64,000 nucleotides of DNA from a virus (lineage: Duplodnaviria > Caudoviricetes), in IMG/VR virus record IMGVR_UViG_3300028591_000174, positions 13,550 through 77,549 of that record; one strand, written 5' to 3'. The translations under genes and the position numbers were made by a program. Position 1 is the first letter of the stretch, and every line of letters starts with the position of its first letter. Below, in pieces: positions 50,113-59,454 of this stretch. The notes beneath the pieces are model-generated. The model saw only the letters and a list, made by a program, of their open reading frames with translations, was not told where the DNA came from and ran no database searches.

Positions 50113-50325
50113 TTAATAACCTATTAAAATAACATCTATTTTGTTTGAACCATAAGAACATCTTATATTAATATGTCTTGCATCTTGATGTTCTACCGCA
50201 ACGTGATAACCGTTTTGAGTGTGAGATTCTGATATTATATAAGAACTAACACTTGAAAAAGACAATGGAAGTTCTATGCTAGTGCCATTACTTAAATTAT
50301 AAAGCCACTGTATTTTTAAACCGTT
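50113..50325 (-). other. Silent tip cassette F (NGLKIQWLYNLSN...VILIGY*)
   Basis: Read manually on the minus strand. Confidence 0.85.
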
Positions 50326-50373
50326 CCTTAATATTTTAATATCTTTATACTATTATTAGAGGTATTAAAAAAT

Positions 50374-50973
50374 ATGAATTATGCTTACATCAGAGTTTCA
50401 ACAGACAAACAAACAGTACAGAATCAAAGGCTTGCAATTAAAGAATATGCAAAGTATCACAGAATCAGAAACCTTATATGGTTTTCTGAAACAATTAGCG
50501 GAACTAAAAAACCAGATAAAAGAAAATTAGGAGAACTTCTAAACACAGTCAAAAGTGGAGATGTTATTGTTATTACAGAGTTATCAAGACTTGGCAGGTC
50601 TATGATGATGATTTTAGACGTACTCCAACTGTTGCTTGAAAAAGGTGTAAAGGTTATTGCTATAAAAGAAGGTTACGAACTCGGAGATAATATCCAGTCT
50701 AAAGTTCTTGCGTTTGCTTTTGGATTGTCAGCAGAACTTGAAAGAAGTCTGTTATCGGAAAGAACAAAACTTGGTCTTGAACGTGCAAGAAAACAGGGGA
50801 AGCATATCGGCAGAAGAAAAGGACAGAAACCGTCTCACTATAAACTTACAGGAAAGTGTGCTTATATAAAACGAGAACGATTAAGTGGCAGAAGTAAGTT
50901 ATCTCTTGCAAAAGAATTAAACGTTACTTGGATTACGCTTGATAAGTTTATGAAAAGGTATAAAATTAATTAA
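50374..50973 (+). CDS. Serine recombinase / DNA invertase
   Basis: YAYIRVSTDKQ (catalytic Ser), E..SG, GDVIVITELSRLGRS, ER..LSERTK.GLERARKQGK.IGR, C-terminal HTH. Confidence 0.95.
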   Translation: MNYAYIRVSTDKQTVQNQRLAIKEYAKYHRIRNLIWFSETISGTKKPDKRKLGELLNTVKSGDVIVITELSRLGRSMMMILDVLQLLLEKGVKVIAIKEGYELGDNIQSKVLAFAFGLSAELERSLLSERTKLGLERARKQGKHIGRRKGQKPSHYKLTGKCAYIKRERLSGRSKLSLAKELNVTWITLDKFMKRYKIN

Positions 50974-50975
50974 AG

Positions 50976-51944
50976 ATGCTATCTATCGGAGTAACTGTCT
51001 GTGATACAGACTACCATTTATTAGATTCTCTTCTGGAACAAATTGAAGAACGTATTCTGATTCCTCACGAAGTTATCATCATAGATAACCGTGAGGAGTT
51101 TCTTAATGTCGCTACAAACTGGAAGGCTGATTTTGCTTACGGATATAACGCAACGCAGTTTTCTGCACGTTCTAAAATAATCGAGTTATCGAAAGGTAAT
51201 TATATCTGGTTCATAGACGGTGATGACGAGGTGCATACTGTCGATTGCTTTAATTACACCGAAGATATAATTGTATTCAGTTATTCAAGTTATCCTGTCG
51301 GTGATGTCCATATTGAAGAACAGATTGTTACCGAAGATATTTTCTCTTTTCAAACAGGCTGTCTGATTAAACCTGTACTCTGGAACAAGTTCATTAAAAA
51401 ATCATTGTTCAAAGAAAAATTTCCAGAAACTAAAATCATCACCAATGAAGATACTCTGTGGCTCTATAACGCTCTGAAAAATGCTCGTTCTATTAGATGC
51501 GTAGACAAGATAATTTATCAGCACAATCTTGGGCTGTCCAATAAACAGGAAGGTGTTACCTTAGAAAACATCAAGACATTAGTTACAGGTTATAATGAAA
51601 TGCGTGCAATTCTCAAAGGCTTGGTTGATGATGATTTTTACAGATTATCTAATGAAGCAACGAACGCACACGTTATGTCTTTCATTCCAAGATGTGATGA
51701 TGTACAGGGTGCTACAAGATTCTTTCTTGACTTGATTCCAAAAGACGAGTTCAAAACTGCTTTGAGTAAATCCGTATATCCGTGGTGTAAGAACAAAGAT
51801 GTATACAAGACAATCATCAAAACCGTTGCGAACAGATACGGTGAACTTTTTCCTTATCCAACTTCAACCTGCAAAGTTACGTATGCAGACGGTAGGGTTG
51901 AAGATTATACTTTTATCCAGACTATTGAGTTCGTAACCAATTAA
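50976..51944 (+). CDS. Glycosyltransferase family 2 (GT-A fold)
   Basis: EVIIIDN, AR...IE.SKGNYIWFIDGDD (DxD), LWNKFIKK and ED motifs. Confidence 0.85.
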   Translation: MLSIGVTVCDTDYHLLDSLLEQIEERILIPHEVIIIDNREEFLNVATNWKADFAYGYNATQFSARSKIIELSKGNYIWFIDGDDEVHTVDCFNYTEDIIVFSYSSYPVGDVHIEEQIVTEDIFSFQTGCLIKPVLWNKFIKKSLFKEKFPETKIITNEDTLWLYNALKNARSIRCVDKIIYQHNLGLSNKQEGVTLENIKTLVTGYNEMRAILKGLVDDDFYRLSNEATNAHVMSFIPRCDDVQGATRFFLDLIPKDEFKTALSKSVYPWCKNKDVYKTIIKTVANRYGELFPYPTSTCKVTYADGRVEDYTFIQTIEFVTN

Positions 51945-52015
51945 AGTACCGATTCAAGTCAATTCAACTACCTTCCGAATTGATTCTGCAATAAAGTATC
52001 ATTCGGGAGGATTGT

Positions 52016-52252
52016 ATGCACTCAATAGTTAGAACAATCAACGCTTATTTTAAAATTGCAACCAGAGCAGATGTAAACGATCTGCTCTCTAAAATCATTC
52101 TGTCAGAACGTCAGCAGAGAATCTTTGAGATGTTCTATCTGAAACGACAGAATATAGGATTTATTGCAGACACGCTTGGATTCTCTGAACGAGTAATCAG
52201 CGAAGAACTGGATTTAATCAGACGCAAGATTTCAGCAGTTATTCTGCAATAA
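52016..52252 (+). CDS. Small HTH protein (LuxR/sigma region-4-like)
   Basis: LSERQQRIFEMFY...IGFIADTLGFSERVISEEL. Confidence 0.75.
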   Translation: MHSIVRTINAYFKIATRADVNDLLSKIILSERQQRIFEMFYLKRQNIGFIADTLGFSERVISEELDLIRRKISAVILQ

Positions 52253-52309
52253 ATCAGCAACATTCTCTTATATATTGGTGCTATCGTATTCTCATAAACG
52301 AGGTACGAT

Positions 52310-54906
52310 ATGCAACCATATGTAAATCCAGTAAACGATTTCTATTTCCGCAATGCACAGTCTCAAATGCAGATGCCTATGTATCAGCAGAATTTTCCAC
52401 CTGTTCCACAACAGCCTCAGATTAAAACTTATTTCGTAACAGGCATTGAAGAGGCTCGTGCAGCAATGATTGACCCACTCGCTACAAACATTTTTCTCGA
52501 TACAAGTTCCGGCAGAATCTATATGAAAAATATGGGAAATGACGGAAAGCCTCAGTTCTTATGTTATTCAATCGAGGAACAGACAGTTCCAAAAGATCCT
52601 ATCGAAGAAATTAATTATAGACTCACAAACATAGAAAAGACTCTTGGAGGTATTCAGTATGATAAATCCATTTCAGGCAATGCAGGCATTGAGCAATCCA
52701 CAGCAGTTTCTAGGTCAGCAATTACAAGGTCGTATGCAGCAGATGATGAAACAAAATCCACAGGCTTATCAGAAGATGCAGGAGATGATCAACGGCAAAT
52801 CAGAAGCAGAAATGAAACAGACTTGTATGAATCTGGCTCAACAAAACGGCATAGACCTTAGAAGTTTTGCAAGTACATTCGGCATAAATCTTTAAAAAGT
52901 CATATTTAACGTGGGAGAAGCAAATGACGGTCAAATAAAAAAGTCATATTTAAGGTGGATATTTGTAGTTTTTCTACAGATAACAGTCTGTCAGACTGAA
53001 AATAAACGCTTAATATAAAAGGAGAACGCTTATGACAGTGAGTGATTCAGGTACACCAATGGTAATTGGTGGTGATTCAATGGGCTTTGGTGGCGGTGGT
53101 TTCATCTGGGCTTTCCTTATCTTCGCATTGCTTATGGGTAATGGTGGATTCGGTTTTGGTAATGGAAATGGAAATTCCAACGCTATCCAGAACGACATTA
53201 ACAGAGGTTTTGATAGTCAGAACCTCCAAGCACAGACTCGTGACATTTTGACTGCCGTGAATAACGGTACAGCACAGAGTGTTGCAGCTTCAAACCAGGT
53301 ATTCCATGACCTTTCAAACAATCTGAGTGACAAGTATTCTGAACTTGCTCGTGATGTAGCTGGTGTGAACGCAAGCATTGCACAGGCTATCGCAAATCAG
53401 AATGAATGTTGTTGCTCACAGAAAATGTTAATTGCTGAGACCGGAGCTGGTATCAATGCAAATCTTGCACAGAACCGCTTTGATGCAGCAATGAACACCG
53501 CGGCAATCAACGCAACTACAACTGCCCAGACTCAGAAAATCTTGGATGCTATTTCGCAGAACAAGATTGAAGCACTGCAGGGAAAAATCAACCAGCTCGA
53601 ATTGCAGAACGCAATGAGTGGCGTTGTAAAATTCCCAAACGCTTGGACATACAATGCAGGGCCTAGTCCATTTTGTGGATGCGGTGCATATAATGGATAC
53701 CCATTGTACACTGCATAATTAGGGGAAATTTTCTCCTAATTTCCTTTATTTTCCCTTATTAGGTTGACTATTCCATTCGTATGAATGTTGATATATAAGG
53801 GAAGGTGTAACAACCTTCCCTATTTTATTAGAGGTGGCAATATGTGTTGTGACCCAAATATCGCTCAATTCAGAGCAACCTCTGTAGCCGTTGCTGCAGG
53901 AGTTGTAACTATCACAATCCCTGCTACATCTGAAATTAATCCCGGTGATATAGTTGATATTCAGCTTTTTACTTCAATTCCAGATGGAACAGATGGTGCT
54001 CAGCTTACAATCACAAATGGAACTCTTACTGCTGATGTAATGAATGGTAACGGAAACTATCTTCGTTTCTACCCTCTTACAAGCAGAACGGTATTGAGAG
54101 TACAGTATTTAGATGATCCTTCACACTTTCAGATTATCAATGTCTTCGGTAGGAAGATAAAGAGGTACGCATGATGAAAGAAGCACTTAAGGAACTTCGT
54201 AAAGATTTTAAGGAATGCCTTAATGACATAGACTTTAAACAGTATGACCCATACTCAAAGAAGTTTATGACAGCCGGATTTATCGGACAGATGTGGTTCC
54301 TTGTGAAGGCCCTCTGCGAAGATGATGAAGTTGAAGAAGAAATTGACGGAGCAAAGAAGTATATGGCTAGGTATGAAGATACAGGCGATGCTTCATTTAG
54401 AGATATGGCAAAAGATGAATTAAGACATGCTGGCATTCTTATTAAAAAGAAATATGAATGGGCAGAAGGTAAAAATAAAGTTCATCTTGAAGAGCAGGAA
54501 AATGAACGTCAGGAACTTCTGAAACAGATAGAGGAGGCATAACATGATTTCTAAAAAGAAATTAGTAAATGCAGTTGTTAAGTTCATCGACAACGATTTG
54601 ATTCCGTATGTAGGAGACCGTAATACCAAGTTTGTTCTCGCTATGGCTAAAGATAGCCTCAAGGAAAACAATGATTTGGCAGATGTTTTTCTGCATAGTC
54701 CAATGGTTTCAACACTTGTAAAAGAAGAAGACGGTGAATATGATATTAGTCAGTTATCATCTATTATGAAAAGTGTTCTTTCTGAATATGATTCCTTGCC
54801 TATAACTGTACCAAAAATTCCTTTATTTTCGCCGGTTGAAAAAGTGTTGAAAATAACAGCAGACGATATCGAAAAATTAATCAAATACATCCAGAGTGAT
54901 GAATGA
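52310..54906 (+). CDS. Uncharacterised gene module: Gln/Pro-rich 52310-52861, Gln/Met-rich ~52659-52895, Gly/Asn-rich coiled-coil protein with CCC and CGC motifs 53032-53718, beta-rich 53785-54174, ferritin-like 54171-54542, hypothetical 54544-54906
   Basis: Co-oriented ORFs. 54171-54542 has EEEIDGAKKY...DELRH, a di-iron/ferritin-like ExxH pattern. Confidence 0.7.
52894..52958 (+). repeat. 21-bp direct repeat pair, operator-like
   Basis: AAAAAGTCATATTTAA(C/G)GTGG at 52894-52914 and 52938-52958, 20/21 identical. Confidence 0.75.
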
Positions 54907-55104
54907 TTTGTCGATACCTTCATTAAAGACCTTCCTGACAGTTTTCTTATCCATTTTACGTGGTAAAGCAATCAGGTCGGTCTTTTTTTCTTTTAAAAAT
55001 AATTGTAAATTCAGAACATCAGTGAAAGAATACAGAGTACATATATAATTCTCAGTATCCTTTTCGTAGCAAAAGTATTTATTCATGTTTACTTCCAAAG
55101 GCAA
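54877..55104 (-). CDS. Hypothetical protein at the end of the lysis operon
   Basis: ORF overlapping the endolysin stop. Confidence 0.5.
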   Translation of the reverse strand: MPLEVNMNKYFCYEKDTENYICTLYSFTDVLNLQLFLKEKKTDLIALPRKMDKKTVRKVFNEGIDKSFITLDVFD

Positions 55105-55502
55105 CCACGCAGATTTTCACGGCTTCTAAATGCAAGTTTTACACCGTCCTGTTTGAATCCGTCCTGTTCAAGAACGATAAAATATTTTGTATTATAGACA
55201 GATACAAGAATAGCAACATGTCCATATTTATTTGTTTTAGAACTATTCCAGATAAGAATATCTCCGCGTGAATAATCAGCAAGTGCAGAATCAATTGTCG
55301 TATTAAGTGTACCGCATTTATCAAAGATATCTTTTGCACCGCCGTTAATTCCAAGTGATGGTGTTTGTGGTACATTCAAAACATCTTTAAGATACTGTCT
55401 GTACAAATCAGTACACTGGCAGCCATTGGTGCCATCGAAATCAATCTTTTTACCAAGATAAGTATTAATGAATGTTGTCAGTGTCATTACTATTCTCCTC
55501 AA
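55089..55502 (-). CDS. CHAP-domain endolysin
   Basis: DFDG.NG.QC.DL (Cys), GDI.IW, YGHVAI (His) and EQ motifs. Confidence 0.88.
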   Translation of the reverse strand: MRRIVMTLTTFINTYLGKKIDFDGTNGCQCTDLYRQYLKDVLNVPQTPSLGINGGAKDIFDKCGTLNTTIDSALADYSRGDILIWNSSKTNKYGHVAILVSVYNTKYFIVLEQDGFKQDGVKLAFRSRENLRGCLWK

Positions 55503-55725
55503 TTATTCTTGTAACCTTTTCACCCCATGCTTCCCATTCTTTTACAAGAGAATCATAAGTATTAATTATCTCTCCAAATTCCTTTACACTTCTGGGATTT
55601 TCATTCATTTCAGGATGCACTGGCTTTGGAGGCAGAACTATTGTGTAACTACTTTTTGGTTTTGTTACGCAGCTTGTCGTTATTAGACTTAATAAGATTA
55701 GAAATAATGTCATAAACTTCTTCAT
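55465..55725 (-). CDS. Outer-membrane spanin-like lipoprotein (Rz1-like)
   Basis: Signal peptide with lipobox-like ITTSC and Pro-rich LPPKPVHP; overlaps the upstream gene. Confidence 0.7.
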   Translation of the reverse strand: MKKFMTLFLILLSLITTSCVTKPKSSYTIVLPPKPVHPEMNENPRSVKEFGEIINTYDSLVKEWEAWGEKVTRIIEENSNDTDNIH

Positions 55726-55960
55726 CGTTTTCTGCTTCCTTTATCTGGTTTGAGATTTTGTCTTTATCTGCTTTGATTTTCTGAATAGCATCAACATATT
55801 CAGCGAGTTGTGCCATATTTGACTTGGTTGCTTCAAGAGCATTTGTAAGTTGTGTAATTTCTTTTTTTAATGATTTTTTATCTTTGATAAGAGTGTAGAT
55901 AATTCTACTAAGGACCACAATAATTGCAGTAAAAGCCAATATGATTGTTAATGAGTTCAT
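55649..55960 (-). CDS. Inner-membrane spanin-like protein (Rz-like)
   Basis: Single N-terminal TM followed by coiled coil. Confidence 0.7.
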   Translation of the reverse strand: MNSLTIILAFTAIIVVLSRIIYTLIKDKKSLKKEITQLTNALEATKSNMAQLAEYVDAIQKIKADKDKISNQIKEAENDEEVYDIISNLIKSNNDKLRNKTKK

Positions 55961-56259
55961 TTTTCCTCCACTTTATTTGCTTCATATTTTGTAGTTAAAG
56001 CATCTGCAAAAGCAAATCCAACTTTCTGACCTACGTTTACACCTAGGTACATCATTGAAACTGCAAAAAACCATGTAAGAGTTTTCTCTATAAGAGTTAC
56101 AAGATCGTCAGCAATCTGCTTTGTTACAATCATAACGGCGGCACACCATGCTATTACAAGAATTGTAATAATAAGCCAGGTTAACCATACTACAAATTTG
56201 CGACTGTCAGTCTTCTTTGTCTCCTTATTATTCTCTTCTGCCATATTATCTCCTTTCAC
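55957..56259 (-). CDS. Holin-like membrane protein
   Basis: SRKF then two TM segments and Y..GNV.QK-like motif; in the lysis cassette. Confidence 0.7.
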   Translation of the reverse strand: MKGDNMAEENNKETKKTDSRKFVVWLTWLIITILVIAWCAAVMIVTKQIADDLVTLIEKTLTWFFAVSMMYLGVNVGQKVGFAFADALTTKYEANKVEEK

Positions 56260-56768
56260 TTTCCACTGTGATCTCCATAAAGGACTTTTACATTTACCAG
56301 TCTTTCAACTAATTCTTTTACCCAGTTTTCAACTCTTACTTTGAACTCTGGAGTTTTGAACTCTTCATTGATTGGCTGTGCATATACAAGATTTAAAATA
56401 GTATCCTGCTTATCCTGGATATATAATTGATTCATTGTGATGTGATTAAACATTATCCATTCAATTACTTTGTCATAAACTCTTTCCAAAATATATTTTG
56501 TAAAGTATCCATTATATTGACTGTTATCACAAATAAGTTTACCTTCAATACTCATGATGAAGTCATGAGCTACTTCAATCTGTCTACGGATTAATTCTCG
56601 TTCACTAACCTTGCCGCCAATACTTACGTACTTTGTATGAATATTGAGAAGCCCAGCTTTCCCCAATCTAATTGCAAGAGCAACAATAATTAAGACCAGA
56701 ATTGCAATGATTATAAGCAATTTAGGACCATTATCAGATGTAAATGTTTTTGTCAGACTATCCCACAT
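56256..56768 (-). CDS. Membrane-anchored protein (holin/antiholin candidate)
   Basis: One N-terminal TM and a soluble C-terminal domain. Confidence 0.5.
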   Translation of the reverse strand: MWDSLTKTFTSDNGPKLLIIIAILVLIIVALAIRLGKAGLLNIHTKYVSIGGKVSERELIRRQIEVAHDFIMSIEGKLICDNSQYNGYFTKYILERVYDKVIEWIMFNHITMNQLYIQDKQDTILNLVYAQPINEEFKTPEFKVRVENWVKELVERLVNVKVLYGDHSGK

Positions 56769-56823
56769 ATCCTACTCCTATGTACAAAAAAGCGTAATTA
56801 ATCAATCTCCGAATACTGATTAA

Positions 56824-57021
56824 CTACTTCGACTCCTCATGCAAAATTCTTTTTTCAAGGACGGCAAGGTAGTTTTCCATATGTGTTACCTGCTCTGACA
56901 GAAGGTTCAATCCTTCAGTATCTGAACCATAAGGTGGATTCTTAATGGCTTTCTTTGCTTTTGCAATCTTTCCTTTAAGGTCATCTCTTTCAACAATCAT
57001 TCGTTCAAAAAATTTCTGCAT
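56824..57021 (-). CDS. Small coiled-coil protein (crAss001_48-like)
   Basis: ERM..ERDDL..KI.K...LL..Q...M..YL.VL..RI pattern, recalled from memory. Confidence 0.55.
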   Translation of the reverse strand: MQKFFERMIVERDDLKGKIAKAKKAIKNPPYGSDTEGLNLLSEQVTHMENYLAVLEKRILHEESK

Positions 57022-57181
57022 TTGCGTCCTCGTATTCCTGTTCAGTCATTGGCTTGCCCTCTTTGTAATCATCACATTCAGTTTCTGCAGTGGCCGTGAA
57101 TAAATCGCGGACAAGACAGAAGGAACGGTCTGAATTGCAATCGACCCAGAAATCACAAGTCTTACACAGGATTGTTTTCAT
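57005..57181 (-). CDS. Small Cys-rich protein (58 aa)
   Basis: Read manually: MKTILCKTCDFWVDC...FC...EC; overlaps the next start. Confidence 0.5.
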   Translation of the reverse strand: MKTILCKTCDFWVDCNSDRSFCLVRDLFTATAETECDDYKEGKPMTEQEYEDANAEIF

Positions 57182-57267
57182 AAGTTCATAATAGTCTCAG
57201 AAAAAACAAACCTTAATCATTTGGAGTTTAAGAAACACTTTTTTTGCCATTATTCTTCTAATCAGAG

Positions 57268-58797
57268 GTGATTAAGATGATTAAACCGATTTGCAATAAA
57301 TGCCAGTATCTTACAAATGAAGCAGTGAGATTCAGACCGTGTTCTAAAATTCCTATCTTCCATAGAGATATGCTCTGTGCTGCAGAGAAAAATATGATAA
57401 AAGATAATGTAACCGGCGAATCTTATACTCCATATTGTGAAGAAGTAAACCGTTATGGAGAATGTCTTGTATACAAACCAATCGGACTTGAAGCACCTCA
57501 GATTAATTTCTATGAAGACGATAACCTTATTGTTTTCTACGGAAACGCACCGTTTGTAATTACAATTGACGGTTCAGAACCAACTGCAAAACTTCCACCA
57601 ATTGGAGATTTGGAAATTGAACATAATAGTTATGTATATGAAATGTACCTGAGACATTCGTGTACGGTAAAGGCTGCGTGTGTAATTGACGGAGTTGTTT
57701 CTGAAGTAACTGAAAAATACTGTGAAATTCCAGATGTTCCGGCAATTGAGTTTGATAAGACCACAAACACTGTAACAATCAAATCTTATAATAAAGTTTA
57801 CTTTACTGTAGACGGAAAGAATGTTACTGAAGATTCTCCTGTATACGAAGGGCCGTTTACTATCGACCACAACACAACTGTAAAAGCTCGTTCTTATGCA
57901 AGAGAGGATTTTTCAGAACAAGTTTCTGAATATCTTGTATCTATAGAACCACCAGTAATTACCTTTGATTCTGATACAAACAAGGTTGCAATTGAAGCTG
58001 ATGATACTATCCTCTACTCTACTGACGGTTCTGACATTTATGATGATTCAGATGTTTACAGCGAGCCAATTCAGCTTACTCAGAATACTATTATTAAGGC
58101 TGCGTGTCTTGTTGACGGTGAACTTTCAGATACTATTGAACTTGAATGTAAAGTTGCAAATCCGCCAGTAGTATCTTTTGACGAAGAAACTCATAAAGTT
58201 GTTATTAAATCAGAAAACCCTGTTCATTATACAACAGACGTAAGTGAGCCGAAGAAATCAAGTCCTCTCTATATTATTCCGTTTACAATCACAGAGACCT
58301 GTACTGTCAAGGCTGCTTCATTTACCGATGATAAGATGTCTACAGTAGTTGAGACAGAATGTATCTTTGTTTCAAAACCAGAGATTACTTTCAATCCTGA
58401 CACTAACACTGTATCAATCAATGGTCTTTATAAGATTCTCTACTCTACTGACGGAAGTCATATCTACGATGACGCTGATGAATACACTGACCCATTTGTA
58501 ATTGATAAGAATACAACTGTCAGGGCAAGATGTATTTTTAATGACGTTATGTCTGAAGAAGTTACTCTTGAATGCAAAGTTCCTTCAGTTCCTAAAATTA
58601 CATTTAATTCACAGACAAAAACGGTTACTATCTCAGGAGAAAATACAATTCTTTATACCACAGATGGCTCAGATGTTCGTAAAAAAGATACTGAATATAA
58701 ATCTCCATTTAAAATTACACAGACAACTACTGTCAAAGCAAAGGCTTATGTTGGCGATTATGAATCAGAACAGATAGAATTAATATGTAATGTTTAA
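57268..58797 (+). CDS. Protein with six chitobiase/Fn3-associated Ig-like repeats
   Basis: Six ~70-aa repeats P.I.F....V.I....I.Y(T/S)TDG......Y..P..I....TVKA; Cys-rich N-terminus. Confidence 0.8.
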   Translation: MIKMIKPICNKCQYLTNEAVRFRPCSKIPIFHRDMLCAAEKNMIKDNVTGESYTPYCEEVNRYGECLVYKPIGLEAPQINFYEDDNLIVFYGNAPFVITIDGSEPTAKLPPIGDLEIEHNSYVYEMYLRHSCTVKAACVIDGVVSEVTEKYCEIPDVPAIEFDKTTNTVTIKSYNKVYFTVDGKNVTEDSPVYEGPFTIDHNTTVKARSYAREDFSEQVSEYLVSIEPPVITFDSDTNKVAIEADDTILYSTDGSDIYDDSDVYSEPIQLTQNTIIKAACLVDGELSDTIELECKVANPPVVSFDEETHKVVIKSENPVHYTTDVSEPKKSSPLYIIPFTITETCTVKAASFTDDKMSTVVETECIFVSKPEITFNPDTNTVSINGLYKILYSTDGSHIYDDADEYTDPFVIDKNTTVRARCIFNDVMSEEVTLECKVPSVPKITFNSQTKTVTISGENTILYTTDGSDVRKKDTEYKSPFKITQTTTVKAKAYVGDYESEQIELICNV

Positions 58798-58812
58798 AAT
58801 GGGAGCCGTACA

Positions 58813-59454
58813 GTGACAAGACAGCAGATTGCAGAAGTATTAGGTGTTCATGTAAATCGCATACACGCTGCATTCGAAAACGCGATTAAAGAACATAATG
58901 AACTTGATTTATATGATTCTAAGAAGAATAATCAAAAAGGATATGGTACTGATTATACTCTTGAAGAAGTATTACTTGCCATGTCTTATTACCGAGATGG
59001 TACAGGATTGTCTGAACTTGAAAAGGCAATGATTACTGATGATTTTTCTATGCGTCCTAAAGAAAAGATAAAAGCAATTGGAATTGAAGGTACAGAAGAG
59101 TTTCTGGAAAAAATAAAAAGATATCCTAAGTTACATTGCTGTTCGACTTGTGCTTATTGTATTAAATCTTCAATGCGTAATAGAAAACCTACTATGAAAC
59201 CATACTGTAAGTTGTGGGAAAGATTTTTACACAGAATTAATGCTGATCCTTACAAAGATTACTGTAAACAGTGGGAATATTCCGGCAAGGAACCGCTTAT
59301 ATTCTATACGGCAGACTCACCTACTAATCTTGATATTTACGGCAATACAAGAAATGAAGTTATGGGAATAGATGTTTCAAACTTTAAGAGTAAGTCAGAT
59401 GTTGCCGGTCAGCTTGTTACCGATATAGGTCTTGATAAAAGCGTGTTAGACTAA
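58813..59454 (+). CDS. Hypothetical protein with HTH-like N-terminus and Cys cluster
   Basis: TRQQIAEVLGV; CCSTCAYC...YC...C. Confidence 0.6.
   Translation: MTRQQIAEVLGVHVNRIHAAFENAIKEHNELDLYDSKKNNQKGYGTDYTLEEVLLAMSYYRDGTGLSELEKAMITDDFSMRPKEKIKAIGIEGTEEFLEKIKRYPKLHCCSTCAYCIKSSMRNRKPTMKPYCKLWERFLHRINADPYKDYCKQWEYSGKEPLIFYTADSPTNLDIYGNTRNEVMGIDVSNFKSKSDVAGQLVTDIGLDKSVLD

Larger units (their letters stand above)
48490..50325. mobile_element. Shufflon: multiple-inversion locus with one expressed and five silent tail-fibre tip cassettes
   Basis: Crossover core AACGGTTT then (A/G)NNNATAC.RTGG at 48490(+), 48748(+), 49198-49205(-), 49642(+), 50101-50108(-) and 50318-50325(-). Every cassette reads NGL.IQW... 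and ends in IGY-stop. Confidence 0.92.
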
